DNA of 64,000 nucleotides, taken from positions 128,001-192,000 of the forward strand of contig CBDCZH010000016.1 of assembly GCA_965224485.1 (NCBI GenBank), read 5' to 3'. Below the pieces are notes generated by a model, which was given only the letters and a program-made list of their open reading frames with translations, was not told where the DNA came from and searched no databases. The DNA comes from Arcobacteraceae bacterium (lineage in GTDB: Bacteria > Campylobacterota > Campylobacteria > Campylobacterales > Arcobacteraceae). The position numbers and the translations under genes were made by a program. Shown here one piece after another: positions 17,866-27,026 of this stretch; positions within the stretch are counted from its first letter, which is position 1, and the number at the start of each line of letters is the position of its first letter.

Positions 17866-18909
17866 TCATAGTATTTTACCAATTTTAAACTTATTATTAT
17901 CTTTAGAGAATTTAATGTTTTTTAAACTCCCCCTAGAAAAAACCTATATCAATTAAAGATTTATTTATATCAACCACTTTTACTTCTGTACCATCAATTT
18001 CTTTTATTTCAATATCAGTTAATATTTTATGGAAACCTGTAGAATAAAAGTTATTGAGAAACATATATATCAATCTATGATCTAAATATTCTATAACTTT
18101 TAGATTATTAACTATATATCTAAGTCTTTTAAGTTTTTCAATGAACATGTCATTAATTTTTATAATAATAATTTTTTTTCGCTTAGCTGATAAAGGAACT
18201 CTATTTTCTTTAAAAAACTTATCTAGTATACTCCTAATAGTTATTGGATCTTCAGATAACACTATATCTCTTGATATAACTAATAGTTGAGTACCAAAAA
18301 TTACTTTTCCTAGCTCTTTTTGTAAATAACTAATATTTTCTATCTTACTTAATATACTATCTAATAGGAGTTTTTTATCTTTTTTATCTTTTAAAAAAAA
18401 GAAAGAGGGTATATCCCTATTTGTTAGAACAATAAACTTCATATTTGGAAAAGAATCAATATTTTTATTTGCAATAAAATTAAATATTGCGTTTAATACT
18501 GTATAATGAATCGAATTTCTATTCACATCTCCATTATCTTTATATTGTGAATTACCTTTTACTTGATAAGAAAATATTATATCATCAGATTTATTTTGAA
18601 AAAAAATATTTATGTCTTCCAAGTAATGATGTTCTCCCTCAATTAAAAGAACTTTTTTCTTTGCATTTAAAAGATTTATTGTTTGAACATTAACCATTTT
18701 TTCTAGTGAGTTAATAAACTTATCACTATTAGCAAATGTATTCTTTTTAAGTAATACATCTTTAATATATTTTTTATTTCTTGATGATATTTTTCCATTA
18801 ATAATATAATTTTGTTTTAAATAATGTTTCAAGAAGAAGAACTATCATTGCTTGATACTTAAATCCAAATCCTAAACCAAAATGAACTTTCTCAGGTAAA
18901 ATATTTCAA
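17866..18909 (-). CDS. Putative retron effector, Cap4/DUF4297-like PD-(D/E)xK nuclease (frameshifted ends; core ORF 17933..18832)
   Basis: EGEHHYLEDINI...SYQVKG in the core ORF; GFGFKYQAM in an adjacent frame upstream; AAGGA RBS plus TTG at 18909; an alternative-frame tail ends just before the a2 repeat. Confidence 0.6.
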
Positions 18910-18929
18910 ATTATTCTTCCTTATTTTTT

Positions 18930-19074
18930 AATAACGCTTAGAAATTAGACAATTTTGTTCTATTTCAAGGCGGAGGTTAAAATATGTGAGGAGCATACTC
19001 TTTCGTATGTGACGAATATATTTCAACCTTCAACGCAGAAATTGGACAAAAGTGGCTGATTTATGAGCGTTATT
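18930..19074 (+). repeat. ERIC/IRU-like imperfect palindromic element
   Basis: Terminal inverted repeat aataacgct/agcgttatt; core CAAGGCGG...GGAGCATAC-n-GTATGTGAC...CAACGCAG. Confidence 0.7.
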
Positions 19075-20335
19075 TGCCCGACAGTGACTTACCACATATA
19101 TACCCTGAAGCCCAAGCAAACTGCAAATTAAATCCACCCCTCTGCCCCACTATATCTAGCACTTCTCCTGCAAAATATAAGTTCTTACACTTCTTACTTT
19201 CATAAGTCTTATTATCCACCTCAGCAGTTCTAACTCCACCACCACTAACCTCAGCGTGTTTAAATCCTTGAGTATCACTTACTTTAAACTTCCATGAATT
19301 TAATTGATAAGCTAATGCTTTTATTTGTTTTGCATTAATTTCACCAGCTTTTGTATCTTGATGTATTTTACATATATCTAATAATACTGCTGGTAATTTA
19401 TTTGCTAACATTCCTATTAATAAATCTGATGCTTTTATTTCAGGTAGGGTTTTAAACAGTGATTGGATTTGATTAGCTAAATCAGTTTTATTTACTTTAG
19501 GAAAAAAGTTTACAGATAGTTTTACATCTTGATATAAGGCTAAAGCTTGGGCTGCTTCTTGAGATATATCTAAGATGGCAAATCCGGATACTCCATATTT
19601 AGTAAATAAGACATCTCCATATATTTCAGACTCTAGTTTTCCATCTATATATAAAGAAACATTACACTCTTTTTTTACACCTTGCATTAAAGAATGATAT
19701 GTTACATCTGTTTGAAGACCTACAAGGGAAGGATAAGTAGGATTTATTGAATGCTCAAAGTGTGTAGCAAAGTCTAATCCACTTTCATTTGAATTTAATT
19801 GAGGAGCTGCTCCTAAACCATTAGAGATTAATACCTTATCATAGTTCGTATACTCATTATTTGCAGTTTTTAGATTAAATTTATTATCTTTTTTTTCTAT
19901 ACTCGTAATAAGTGCTTCATTAAAAACATTAATACCTAAATTATTAACACTCAAAGAAAGTAAGTTAACTACTGATTTTGCTTCATTTGATAAAGGATAT
20001 ACTTTGTTTGTTTCTTTTATATCTAATAATAGACCTATACTTTTACAAAATTTCTCAAAGGCTTTAAAATCAAAGTTCTTTAAGGCATAAGTAACAAAAG
20101 AAGAGTCTTCCCCTATATAATTAGCAGAAGATACTTGGGTATTAGATATATTACATCTACCATTACCACTTGCTAAAATTTTTTTACCTATTGCTTTATT
20201 TGCATCAAACATATCAATATGTAAATCTTTGTTTAATCTCTTTGCCGTAATGGCCGCAACAATACCAGCAGCCCCTGCTCCTACAATAGCTATTCTCAAA
20301 TTTAGACCTTCTTCTTTATTTTTTTGATTATACAA
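19070..20335 (-). CDS. BaiN/YhiN (HI0933) family NAD(P)/FAD-dependent oxidoreductase
   Basis: GAGAAG, GKKILASGNGRCN, GGFNLQFAWASG; true start may be the TTG about 12 codons in. Confidence 0.93.
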   Translation of the reverse strand: MYNQKNKEEGLNLRIAIVGAGAAGIVAAITAKRLNKDLHIDMFDANKAIGKKILASGNGRCNISNTQVSSANYIGEDSSFVTYALKNFDFKAFEKFCKSIGLLLDIKETNKVYPLSNEAKSVVNLLSLSVNNLGINVFNEALITSIEKKDNKFNLKTANNEYTNYDKVLISNGLGAAPQLNSNESGLDFATHFEHSINPTYPSLVGLQTDVTYHSLMQGVKKECNVSLYIDGKLESEIYGDVLFTKYGVSGFAILDISQEAAQALALYQDVKLSVNFFPKVNKTDLANQIQSLFKTLPEIKASDLLIGMLANKLPAVLLDICKIHQDTKAGEINAKQIKALAYQLNSWKFKVSDTQGFKHAEVSGGGVRTAEVDNKTYESKKCKNLYFAGEVLDIVGQRGGFNLQFAWASGYICGKSLSGK

Positions 20336-20338
20336 TAT

Positions 20339-20659
20339 TTAATAAAATACTGCTATCCATATAGTAGCTTCTTTTAAAGAAGTATATTTAACTCTATGTT
20401 TTAATCCCTTAGCTATATTATAAAACATACCTTTTTTTAGAATTATCTCTTTATTGTGTTGTTCATTATATAGCTCTAAGATAGCTTCTCCTTCTAATAT
20501 AATTACAAACTCATTCTCTTCTTGTATATACCAAAAGTCTTTTTCACTTACTTGTCCATTTGATACTATTCTCTCTATTCTTATATTAGTTTTTTTTAAT
20601 ATTTCGATAAACTCTTCATTTTTTTTATCAAGTATTATATTTTCAAATAAGTTTTTCAT
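20339..20659 (-). CDS. Cupin domain protein
   Basis: IERIVSNGQ...WYIQEENEFV..LEG...KHRV. Confidence 0.85.
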   Translation of the reverse strand: MKNLFENIILDKKNEEFIEILKKTNIRIERIVSNGQVSEKDFWYIQEENEFVIILEGEAILELYNEQHNKEIILKKGMFYNIAKGLKHRVKYTSLKEATIWIAVFY

Positions 20660-20739
20660 TATTAACCTTTAATCTTTTATTATAGCTAGGCTTTCATAAA
20701 AACTAAAAAGACCTAAAAAGACAATTTCATACATTTTTT

Positions 20740-20764
20740 ATACCATAGTGTTATACTATGGTAT
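20740..20764. promoter_or_regulatory. 25-bp palindromic operator candidate
   Basis: ATACCATAGT-GTTAT-ACTATGGTAT in the divergent intergenic region upstream of the cys operon. Confidence 0.5.
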
Positions 20765-20996
20765 GTGATTTATTAAGAAAATCGTGAATTACCAAATTTT
20801 TTATTCTTCTTATTTTATATATTGAACCTAAAGAATAGTCCTAAATAGTGGTACTTTGTGACTTCTTTATATTTATTATATATTTTAAATACGAGTTATT
20901 TAATCCCTGAATGATTTAATCATTATTAAATTACTTGACATTAGAAGATTATTAGTATAAACTTTCAGTAATAAAATTTAATAAAGGATAAGAACA

Positions 20997-22265
20997 ATGC
21001 AAAACGAAACTATTGCTATACATGCTGGATATAACAAAAAAGAAGGTTATGGTTCAATGTCTGTTCCAATTGCTCAAACAACAGCATATGCCTTTAGAGA
21101 TGCAGAACATGCAGCTAACCTATTTGCACTTAAAGAATTAGGTCCTATTTATACAAGATTAAATAACCCAACAACTGATGTTTTAGAGCAAAGATTTGCC
21201 CAATTAGAAGGTGGAGCTGCTGCTTTATGTGTATCATCAGGACAAGCTGCAATTTTTTATGCAATTATAAATGTAACTAGCGCAGGGGATAATATTTTAA
21301 TCTCTGATAAGTTATATGGTGGAGCGGTTACCCTATTAACTCATACTATTAAAAAGTTTGGAATTACAGCTTCTATATTTAGAAGTGAAGATGCAAAAGA
21401 TTTAGAAGAACAAATCAATGATAAAACAAAAGCAATTTTCTTTGAGAGTTTATCAAATCCACAAGTAGCAATTGCAGATATTGAAGCAATTACCACTATT
21501 GCTAAAAAACATGGTGTTTTAAGTATTTGTGATAATACAGTTGCAAGTGCTGCTTTATTTAATCCTATTGCTTGGGGTGTTGATATTGTTGTTCACTCAA
21601 CATCAAAATATACTTCAGGACAAGGAACAGTAATTGGTGGAATTATAGTTGAGCGTGATGGTATGGCTGAGTTTTTCAAAAAAAATGCTGCTAGATATCC
21701 TGATTTTAATGAACCTGATGTTTCTTATCATGGCTTAATCTATACAGAAGTACCTCTTCCTAACTTCACTCTAAGAGCTAGATTATCACTATTAAGAGAT
21801 ATAGGAGCAGTTCAATCTCCTCATAACTCATGGTTGCTAATTCAAAGTTTAGAAACTTTGTCTTTAAGAGTAGATAAACACTCATCAAATACTTTAGAAC
21901 TTGCTAAGTTCTTAGAATCACATCCTAAGGTTAAAAGTGTTAATTACCCAGGATTAAAAAGCAATAAGAACCATCAAAAAGCAAATAAGTATTTTAAAGA
22001 TGGAAAAGCTTCTGGACTCTTATCATTTGAAGTAAATTCTTATGAAGAAGCTAAGAATATTATTGATTCAACTAAGTTATTCTCAATTGTTGTAAATATT
22101 GGAGATTCTAAATCATTAATAGTTCATCCAGCTTCAACTACTCATTCTCAAATGAATGAAGAAGAACTTGAAGCTGCAGGAATTAATCTTACAACTATTA
22201 GATTATCAATTGGCCTAGAAAATACAGTTGATTTGATAGCTGATTTAAATGAGGCTCTTAACTAA
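20997..22265 (+). CDS. metY: O-acetylhomoserine/O-acetylserine sulfhydrylase
   Basis: IYTRLNNPT, SSGQAA, HSTSKY PLP lysine, NIGDSKSL, IRLSIGLE. Confidence 0.9.
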   Translation: MQNETIAIHAGYNKKEGYGSMSVPIAQTTAYAFRDAEHAANLFALKELGPIYTRLNNPTTDVLEQRFAQLEGGAAALCVSSGQAAIFYAIINVTSAGDNILISDKLYGGAVTLLTHTIKKFGITASIFRSEDAKDLEEQINDKTKAIFFESLSNPQVAIADIEAITTIAKKHGVLSICDNTVASAALFNPIAWGVDIVVHSTSKYTSGQGTVIGGIIVERDGMAEFFKKNAARYPDFNEPDVSYHGLIYTEVPLPNFTLRARLSLLRDIGAVQSPHNSWLLIQSLETLSLRVDKHSSNTLELAKFLESHPKVKSVNYPGLKSNKNHQKANKYFKDGKASGLLSFEVNSYEEAKNIIDSTKLFSIVVNIGDSKSLIVHPASTTHSQMNEEELEAAGINLTTIRLSIGLENTVDLIADLNEALN

Positions 22266-22678
22266 TGCCTTTGATTTCATCAAAAGGAATGTACGGTCTT
22301 AGTGCAATGCATGAGCTAGCTAAAAATAAATCAAGCGCTCCTATGCAAATTAGAGAAATTTCAGCCAATGCTGATATTCCTCAAAATTATTTAGAACAAC
22401 TTCTAAGCAAGTTAAGACGAGCACAATTAGTTGTAAGTGTTAGAGGTTCAAAAGGTGGTTATCTTTTGGCAAGAGAAGCTAAAGATATCAAGATATTAGA
22501 TATTTTAATGGTTTTAGAAAATGATTTAAAGATTTGTGACTCAAAAAGTACAAATGCTGTTCTAAATCTATTTTTTGCAGAAATAAAAGATAAAATGAAA
22601 GAGATTTTTGATTTAAATTTAGATGAGTTAGATAAGTATCAAGCTAAGTTAAATCAATTTATAAACTATAGTATTTAA
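22265..22678 (+). CDS. Rrf2 family regulator (CymR-like, no Fe-S Cys triad)
   Basis: IPQNYLEQLL..LRRA.LV.SVRGSKGGYLLAR. Confidence 0.9.
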   Translation: MPLISSKGMYGLSAMHELAKNKSSAPMQIREISANADIPQNYLEQLLSKLRRAQLVVSVRGSKGGYLLAREAKDIKILDILMVLENDLKICDSKSTNAVLNLFFAEIKDKMKEIFDLNLDELDKYQAKLNQFINYSI

Positions 22679-22699
22679 AAAATAAAACAAGGAAATACA

Positions 22700-23626
22700 A
22701 TGAAATATGCACAAAATGTTACAGGTTTAATAGGTAATACACCCTTAGTTAAGTTAAATAAAGCAAGTGTAAATGATGCAATTGTTTTAGGAAAATGTGA
22801 ATTTATGAATCCAACTCACTCTGTAAAAGACAGAATTGGAAATAACATGATACAAGATGCTCTTAAAAAAGGTTTGATTAAGGAAAATACTACAGTAATT
22901 GAACCAACATCTGGAAATACTGGAATTGCTTTAGCTTCTGTTTGTGCTTCTTTAGGAATAAAACTTATTCTTACTATGCCTTCATCTATGAGTTTAGAGA
23001 GACGTCAGTTATTAAAAGCCCTAGGAGCTGATTTAGTTTTAACTGAACCTGCTAAAGGAATGAAAGGTGCTGTTGATAAAGCTCTTGAATTAGGGAAAGA
23101 GATTGAGAATAGTTATATTCCTCAACAATTTGCAAATGAAGCAAATCCAGAAATTCATAGACTAACAACTGCTAAAGAAATTTTAGCTGATACAGAGGGT
23201 AAGGTTGATATTTTAGTAGCTGCTATTGGAACAGGTGGTTCTATTACTGGAATTGCTGATGTTTTAAAAGCACATAATAAAGATATTAAAATTATTGCAG
23301 TTGAACCAGAAGCTTCTCCTGTTTTATCTGGCGGAAACCCAGGTCCTCATAAAATCCAAGGAATTGGAGCTGGTTTTGTACCAGAAGTTTTAAATACATC
23401 TTCTTATGATGAAGTTATTCAAGTTTCAAATGAAAATGCAATTGCAACTTCAAGAGCATTAGCAAAACAAGAAGGTTTACTAGTTGGTATTTCTTCAGGA
23501 GCAAATACTTTTGCAGCCGCACAAGTAGCACAAAGAGAAGAGAATAAAGGAAAAGTTATTGTAACTATTCTTTGTGATACAGGGGAGAGATATTTAAGTG
23601 CAGGATTATATGAAGAAGGTGAATAA
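22700..23626 (+). CDS. cysK: Cysteine synthase A
   Basis: SVKDRI, EPTSGNTG, GTGGS, HKIQGIGAGF. Confidence 0.95.
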   Translation: MKYAQNVTGLIGNTPLVKLNKASVNDAIVLGKCEFMNPTHSVKDRIGNNMIQDALKKGLIKENTTVIEPTSGNTGIALASVCASLGIKLILTMPSSMSLERRQLLKALGADLVLTEPAKGMKGAVDKALELGKEIENSYIPQQFANEANPEIHRLTTAKEILADTEGKVDILVAAIGTGGSITGIADVLKAHNKDIKIIAVEPEASPVLSGGNPGPHKIQGIGAGFVPEVLNTSSYDEVIQVSNENAIATSRALAKQEGLLVGISSGANTFAAAQVAQREENKGKVIVTILCDTGERYLSAGLYEEGE

Positions 23627-23663
23627 TATTCACTCTTCTTTAATTTAAATTACAGGTAAAAAT

Positions 23664-23888
23664 ATGAAAGAAAAAGCTTATAGATCAGTAGTTAAAACTA
23701 TTTCGTGGAGAACAATTGGAACCTTAGATACTGTTATTATTTCATACTTTATTACAGGAAATTTAAAAATGGCAGCTTCAATTGGTTCAATTGAATTATT
23801 TACAAAAATGTTTTTGTATTATTTCCATGAAAGAGCTTGGAATAAAATCTCTTTAGGAAGAGAAAAAGCACCTGATTACCAAATCTAG
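23664..23888 (+). CDS. DUF2061 family small membrane protein
   Basis: RSVVKTISWRTIGTLDT...YYFHERAW. Confidence 0.85.
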   Translation: MKEKAYRSVVKTISWRTIGTLDTVIISYFITGNLKMAASIGSIELFTKMFLYYFHERAWNKISLGREKAPDYQI

Positions 23889-23926
23889 GAAACTAGAGCT
23901 AAACTGGTAAAAAACTAGGATAGAAA

Positions 23927-24634
23927 ATGAATATAGAAGAAAGAATTAAAGAGTTAAATAACAAATTCATAAATAAAAGACCTCAAGAAGTATTAGAATA
24001 CTTCTTAAAAGAATATGGAAATAAAACTGCACTTTCAAGTTCACTTGGAGCAGAAGACCAAGTTCTAAGCCATATGATGTTAGATATTAAGGAAGATGCA
24101 AATATTTTTACTCTTGATACGGGACGATTAAATCCAGAAACATATGCAGTTATGGATGCTACAAATTTAAAATATGGAATTAAAATGAATGTTTTTTTTC
24201 CACAAAATAAAGATGTTCAAAACTTATATCAAGAACAAGGAATAAATGGTTTTTATGAAAGCATTGAAAAAAGAAAAGCCTGTTGTTATATAAGAAAAAT
24301 AGAACCTCTTAAAAGAGCCTTAGAACCTTTAGAGATTTGGATTACTGGTTTAAGAGCTTCTCAAAGTGTGACTAGAGAAAAACTTGAAATTATTGAATAT
24401 GATAAAAATAATAAAGTTATAAAAGTAAACCCCTTACTCTTTTGGAGTGAAGATGATGTTTGGAAGTTTATAAAAGAAAATCATGTACCATATAATAAAC
24501 TTCATGATCAAGGTTTTCCATCAATTGGCTGTGCTCCCTGTACCAGAGCCATTAAGGATGGTGAAGATTTACGAAGTGGAAGATGGTGGTGGGAAAACCC
24601 TGAACATAAAGAGTGTGGTTTACATATTAAGTAA
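23927..24634 (+). CDS. cysH: Adenylyl-sulfate (APS)/PAPS reductase
   Basis: CCYIRK, SIGCAPCT, RSGRWWWE, KECGLH (Fe-S APS-reductase type). Confidence 0.93.
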   Translation: MNIEERIKELNNKFINKRPQEVLEYFLKEYGNKTALSSSLGAEDQVLSHMMLDIKEDANIFTLDTGRLNPETYAVMDATNLKYGIKMNVFFPQNKDVQNLYQEQGINGFYESIEKRKACCYIRKIEPLKRALEPLEIWITGLRASQSVTREKLEIIEYDKNNKVIKVNPLLFWSEDDVWKFIKENHVPYNKLHDQGFPSIGCAPCTRAIKDGEDLRSGRWWWENPEHKECGLHIK

Positions 24635-24692
24635 GACAAAAACACATAAAACTCAAACTTTTAATTTGAGCTAATTAATAAAGAGAGAAATA

Positions 24693-25604
24693 ATGATAAG
24701 TACCCAAAGATTAACACATTTAAAACAATTAGAAGCAGAATCTTTACATATAATGAGAGAAGTAATAGCAGAATTTGATAACCCTGCAATGCTTTATTCA
24801 GTTGGAAAAGATTCAGCTGTTATGTTGCATTTAGCACAAAAAGCTTTTTATCCTGCAAAACTTCCTTTTCCACTAGTTCATGTAGATACTACATGGAAAT
24901 TTAAAGAAATGATTGCGTTTAGAGATGAAATGCAAAAAAAACTTGGTTTTGAGCTTTTAGTTCATACTAATCAAGATGGAGTAGATCAAGGAATTGGACC
25001 ATTTTCTCATGGTTCTGCTGTTCATACTGATATTATGAAAACTGCTGGTTTAAAACAAGCATTAAATAAATGGAAGTTTGATGCTGTTTTTGGTGGTGCA
25101 CGAAGAGATGAAGAAAAATCTCGTGCAAAAGAGAGAATTTATTCTTTTAGAGATGAGAAACATAGATGGGATCCAAAAAATCAAAGACCTGAGCTTTGGA
25201 ATTTATATAATTCTCGTGTAAAAAAAGGTGAATCAATTAGAGTTTTTCCACTTTCAAATTGGACAGAACTTGATATTTGGCAGTATATTTATCTTGAAGA
25301 TATTCCTATTGTTCCTTTATATCTAGCTAAAAAAAGACCTGTTGTAATGCGTGATGGCGTTAAAATAATGGTTGATGATGATAGATTACCACTTAATGAA
25401 GGAGAAGTTCCCAAAATGGAATCAGTTAGATTTAGAACATTAGGGTGTTACCCTTTAACAGGAGCAGTTGATTCTACAGCTTCAACACTGCCTGAGATTA
25501 TTCAAGAAATGTTATTAACCAAAACTAGCGAGCGACAAGGTAGAGTTATTGATAATGATTCAGCTGGTTCTATGGAGAAGAAAAAAATAGAGGGGTACTT
25601 TTAA
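24693..25604 (+). CDS. cysD: Sulfate adenylyltransferase subunit 2
   Basis: [33 protein letters not shown]. Confidence 0.97.
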   Translation: MISTQRLTHLKQLEAESLHIMREVIAEFDNPAMLYSVGKDSAVMLHLAQKAFYPAKLPFPLVHVDTTWKFKEMIAFRDEMQKKLGFELLVHTNQDGVDQGIGPFSHGSAVHTDIMKTAGLKQALNKWKFDAVFGGARRDEEKSRAKERIYSFRDEKHRWDPKNQRPELWNLYNSRVKKGESIRVFPLSNWTELDIWQYIYLEDIPIVPLYLAKKRPVVMRDGVKIMVDDDRLPLNEGEVPKMESVRFRTLGCYPLTGAVDSTASTLPEIIQEMLLTKTSERQGRVIDNDSAGSMEKKKIEGYF

Positions 25605-25605
25605 T

Positions 25606-27018
25606 ATGAGCATTCAAGAAGATAAAATAAGTAAAGATATAGAAAGTTATTTAAAAGAGCATGAAAATAAACAACTGTTAAGATTTATAACCTGTGGTTC
25701 AGTTGATGATGGGAAAAGTACTCTAATAGGAAGATTACTTCATGATTCTAAGATGATTTTTGAAGATCAATTAGCTGCTATTAAAAAAGATTCTATAAAA
25801 AGTGGAACTACTGATGGTGAGTTTGATTTAGCCTTATTGGTTGATGGTTTACAAAGTGAGCGAGAGCAAGGAATTACTATTGATGTTGCTTATAGATATT
25901 TTGCAACAGACAAAAGAAAATTTATTATTGCAGATACTCCTGGTCATGAACAATATACAAGAAATATGGCAACAGGAGCTAGTACTGCTGATTTAGCAAT
26001 TATATTAATTGATGCTAGATATGGAGTGCAAACACAAACAAGACGTCATAGTTTTATTACAAAATTACTTGGAATTAAACATCTTATTATTGCTATTAAT
26101 AAAATGGACTTAGTTGATTTTAGTGAAGATAGATATAACGAAATAGTTGCAGAATATGAAGAGTTTGCTGATGAAATTTCTTTAACTTCTGATATTACTA
26201 TGATTCCACTATCAGCATTAAATGGCGATAATGTAGTTAATATAAGCTCAAAATCGCCTTGGTATAAAGGTTCAACTTTAATGCATACTCTTGAAACACT
26301 TGAAATTTCAAGTGATAGAGATTTGGCTCATTTTAGAATGCCAGTTCAGTATGTAAATAGACCAAATTTAAATTTTAGAGGTTTTTGTGGAACTATAGCT
26401 GCAGGTATTATATCTGTAGGAGATAGTATAACAGTACTACCTTCTGGAAAAAGCTCAACTGTAAAAGAAATTGTTACTTATGATGGGAATTTGTCTTATG
26501 CTTATGCACAAATGGCAATTACTATTACATTAAATGATGAAATAGACATAAGCAGGGGTGATATTTTAGTTAAAAGTGACGAACAAGCAGATATGGCTGA
26601 TACTTTAGATGTAAATATTGTTTGGATGGATGAAAAAGCTTTAACTAAAGGAACATCATATTTTATTAAAAGAGCGGCTACTGTAACAACTGGGACAATT
26701 GATAGTTTTTATTATAAAACAGATGTTAATACCTTAGAAAAACAAGAGTGTAATACCTTAAATTTGAATGAAATAGCACATGCAAAATTATCATTAAATC
26801 AAAAAATTGCTTTTGATGCATATGATCATATTAAAGCAATGGGTTCTTTTATTATAATTGATAGAATTACAAATAATACCGTTGGAGCTGGGATGATTGT
26901 TAAAAAATCTGAAGTGAGTTCTAAAACAAAAGTTAACGAACATTCAGAATTTGAAGTAGAGTTTAATGCACTTGTTCGAAAACACTTTCCTCACTGGGAA
27001 GCAAAAGAAATATTATAG
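25606..27018 (+). CDS. cysN: Sulfate adenylyltransferase subunit 1
   Basis: [40 protein letters not shown]; no APS kinase fusion. Confidence 0.97.
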   Translation: MSIQEDKISKDIESYLKEHENKQLLRFITCGSVDDGKSTLIGRLLHDSKMIFEDQLAAIKKDSIKSGTTDGEFDLALLVDGLQSEREQGITIDVAYRYFATDKRKFIIADTPGHEQYTRNMATGASTADLAIILIDARYGVQTQTRRHSFITKLLGIKHLIIAINKMDLVDFSEDRYNEIVAEYEEFADEISLTSDITMIPLSALNGDNVVNISSKSPWYKGSTLMHTLETLEISSDRDLAHFRMPVQYVNRPNLNFRGFCGTIAAGIISVGDSITVLPSGKSSTVKEIVTYDGNLSYAYAQMAITITLNDEIDISRGDILVKSDEQADMADTLDVNIVWMDEKALTKGTSYFIKRAATVTTGTIDSFYYKTDVNTLEKQECNTLNLNEIAHAKLSLNQKIAFDAYDHIKAMGSFIIIDRITNNTVGAGMIVKKSEVSSKTKVNEHSEFEVEFNALVRKHFPHWEAKEIL

Positions 27019-27026
27019 GAAATATT

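Noticed and set aside
17664..17888. ORF 17664..17888 (+) and the 5' part of ORF 17495..17851 (-) as proteins
   Set aside because: Both contain KREIILFTL and RVNKIISLL because they read through the msd palindrome. Only the 3' part of the minus ORF may be real, as the RT N-terminus.
12463..19070. Island as a prophage, ICE or transposon
   Set aside because: No integrase, transposase, tRNA target or flanking att repeats were found.
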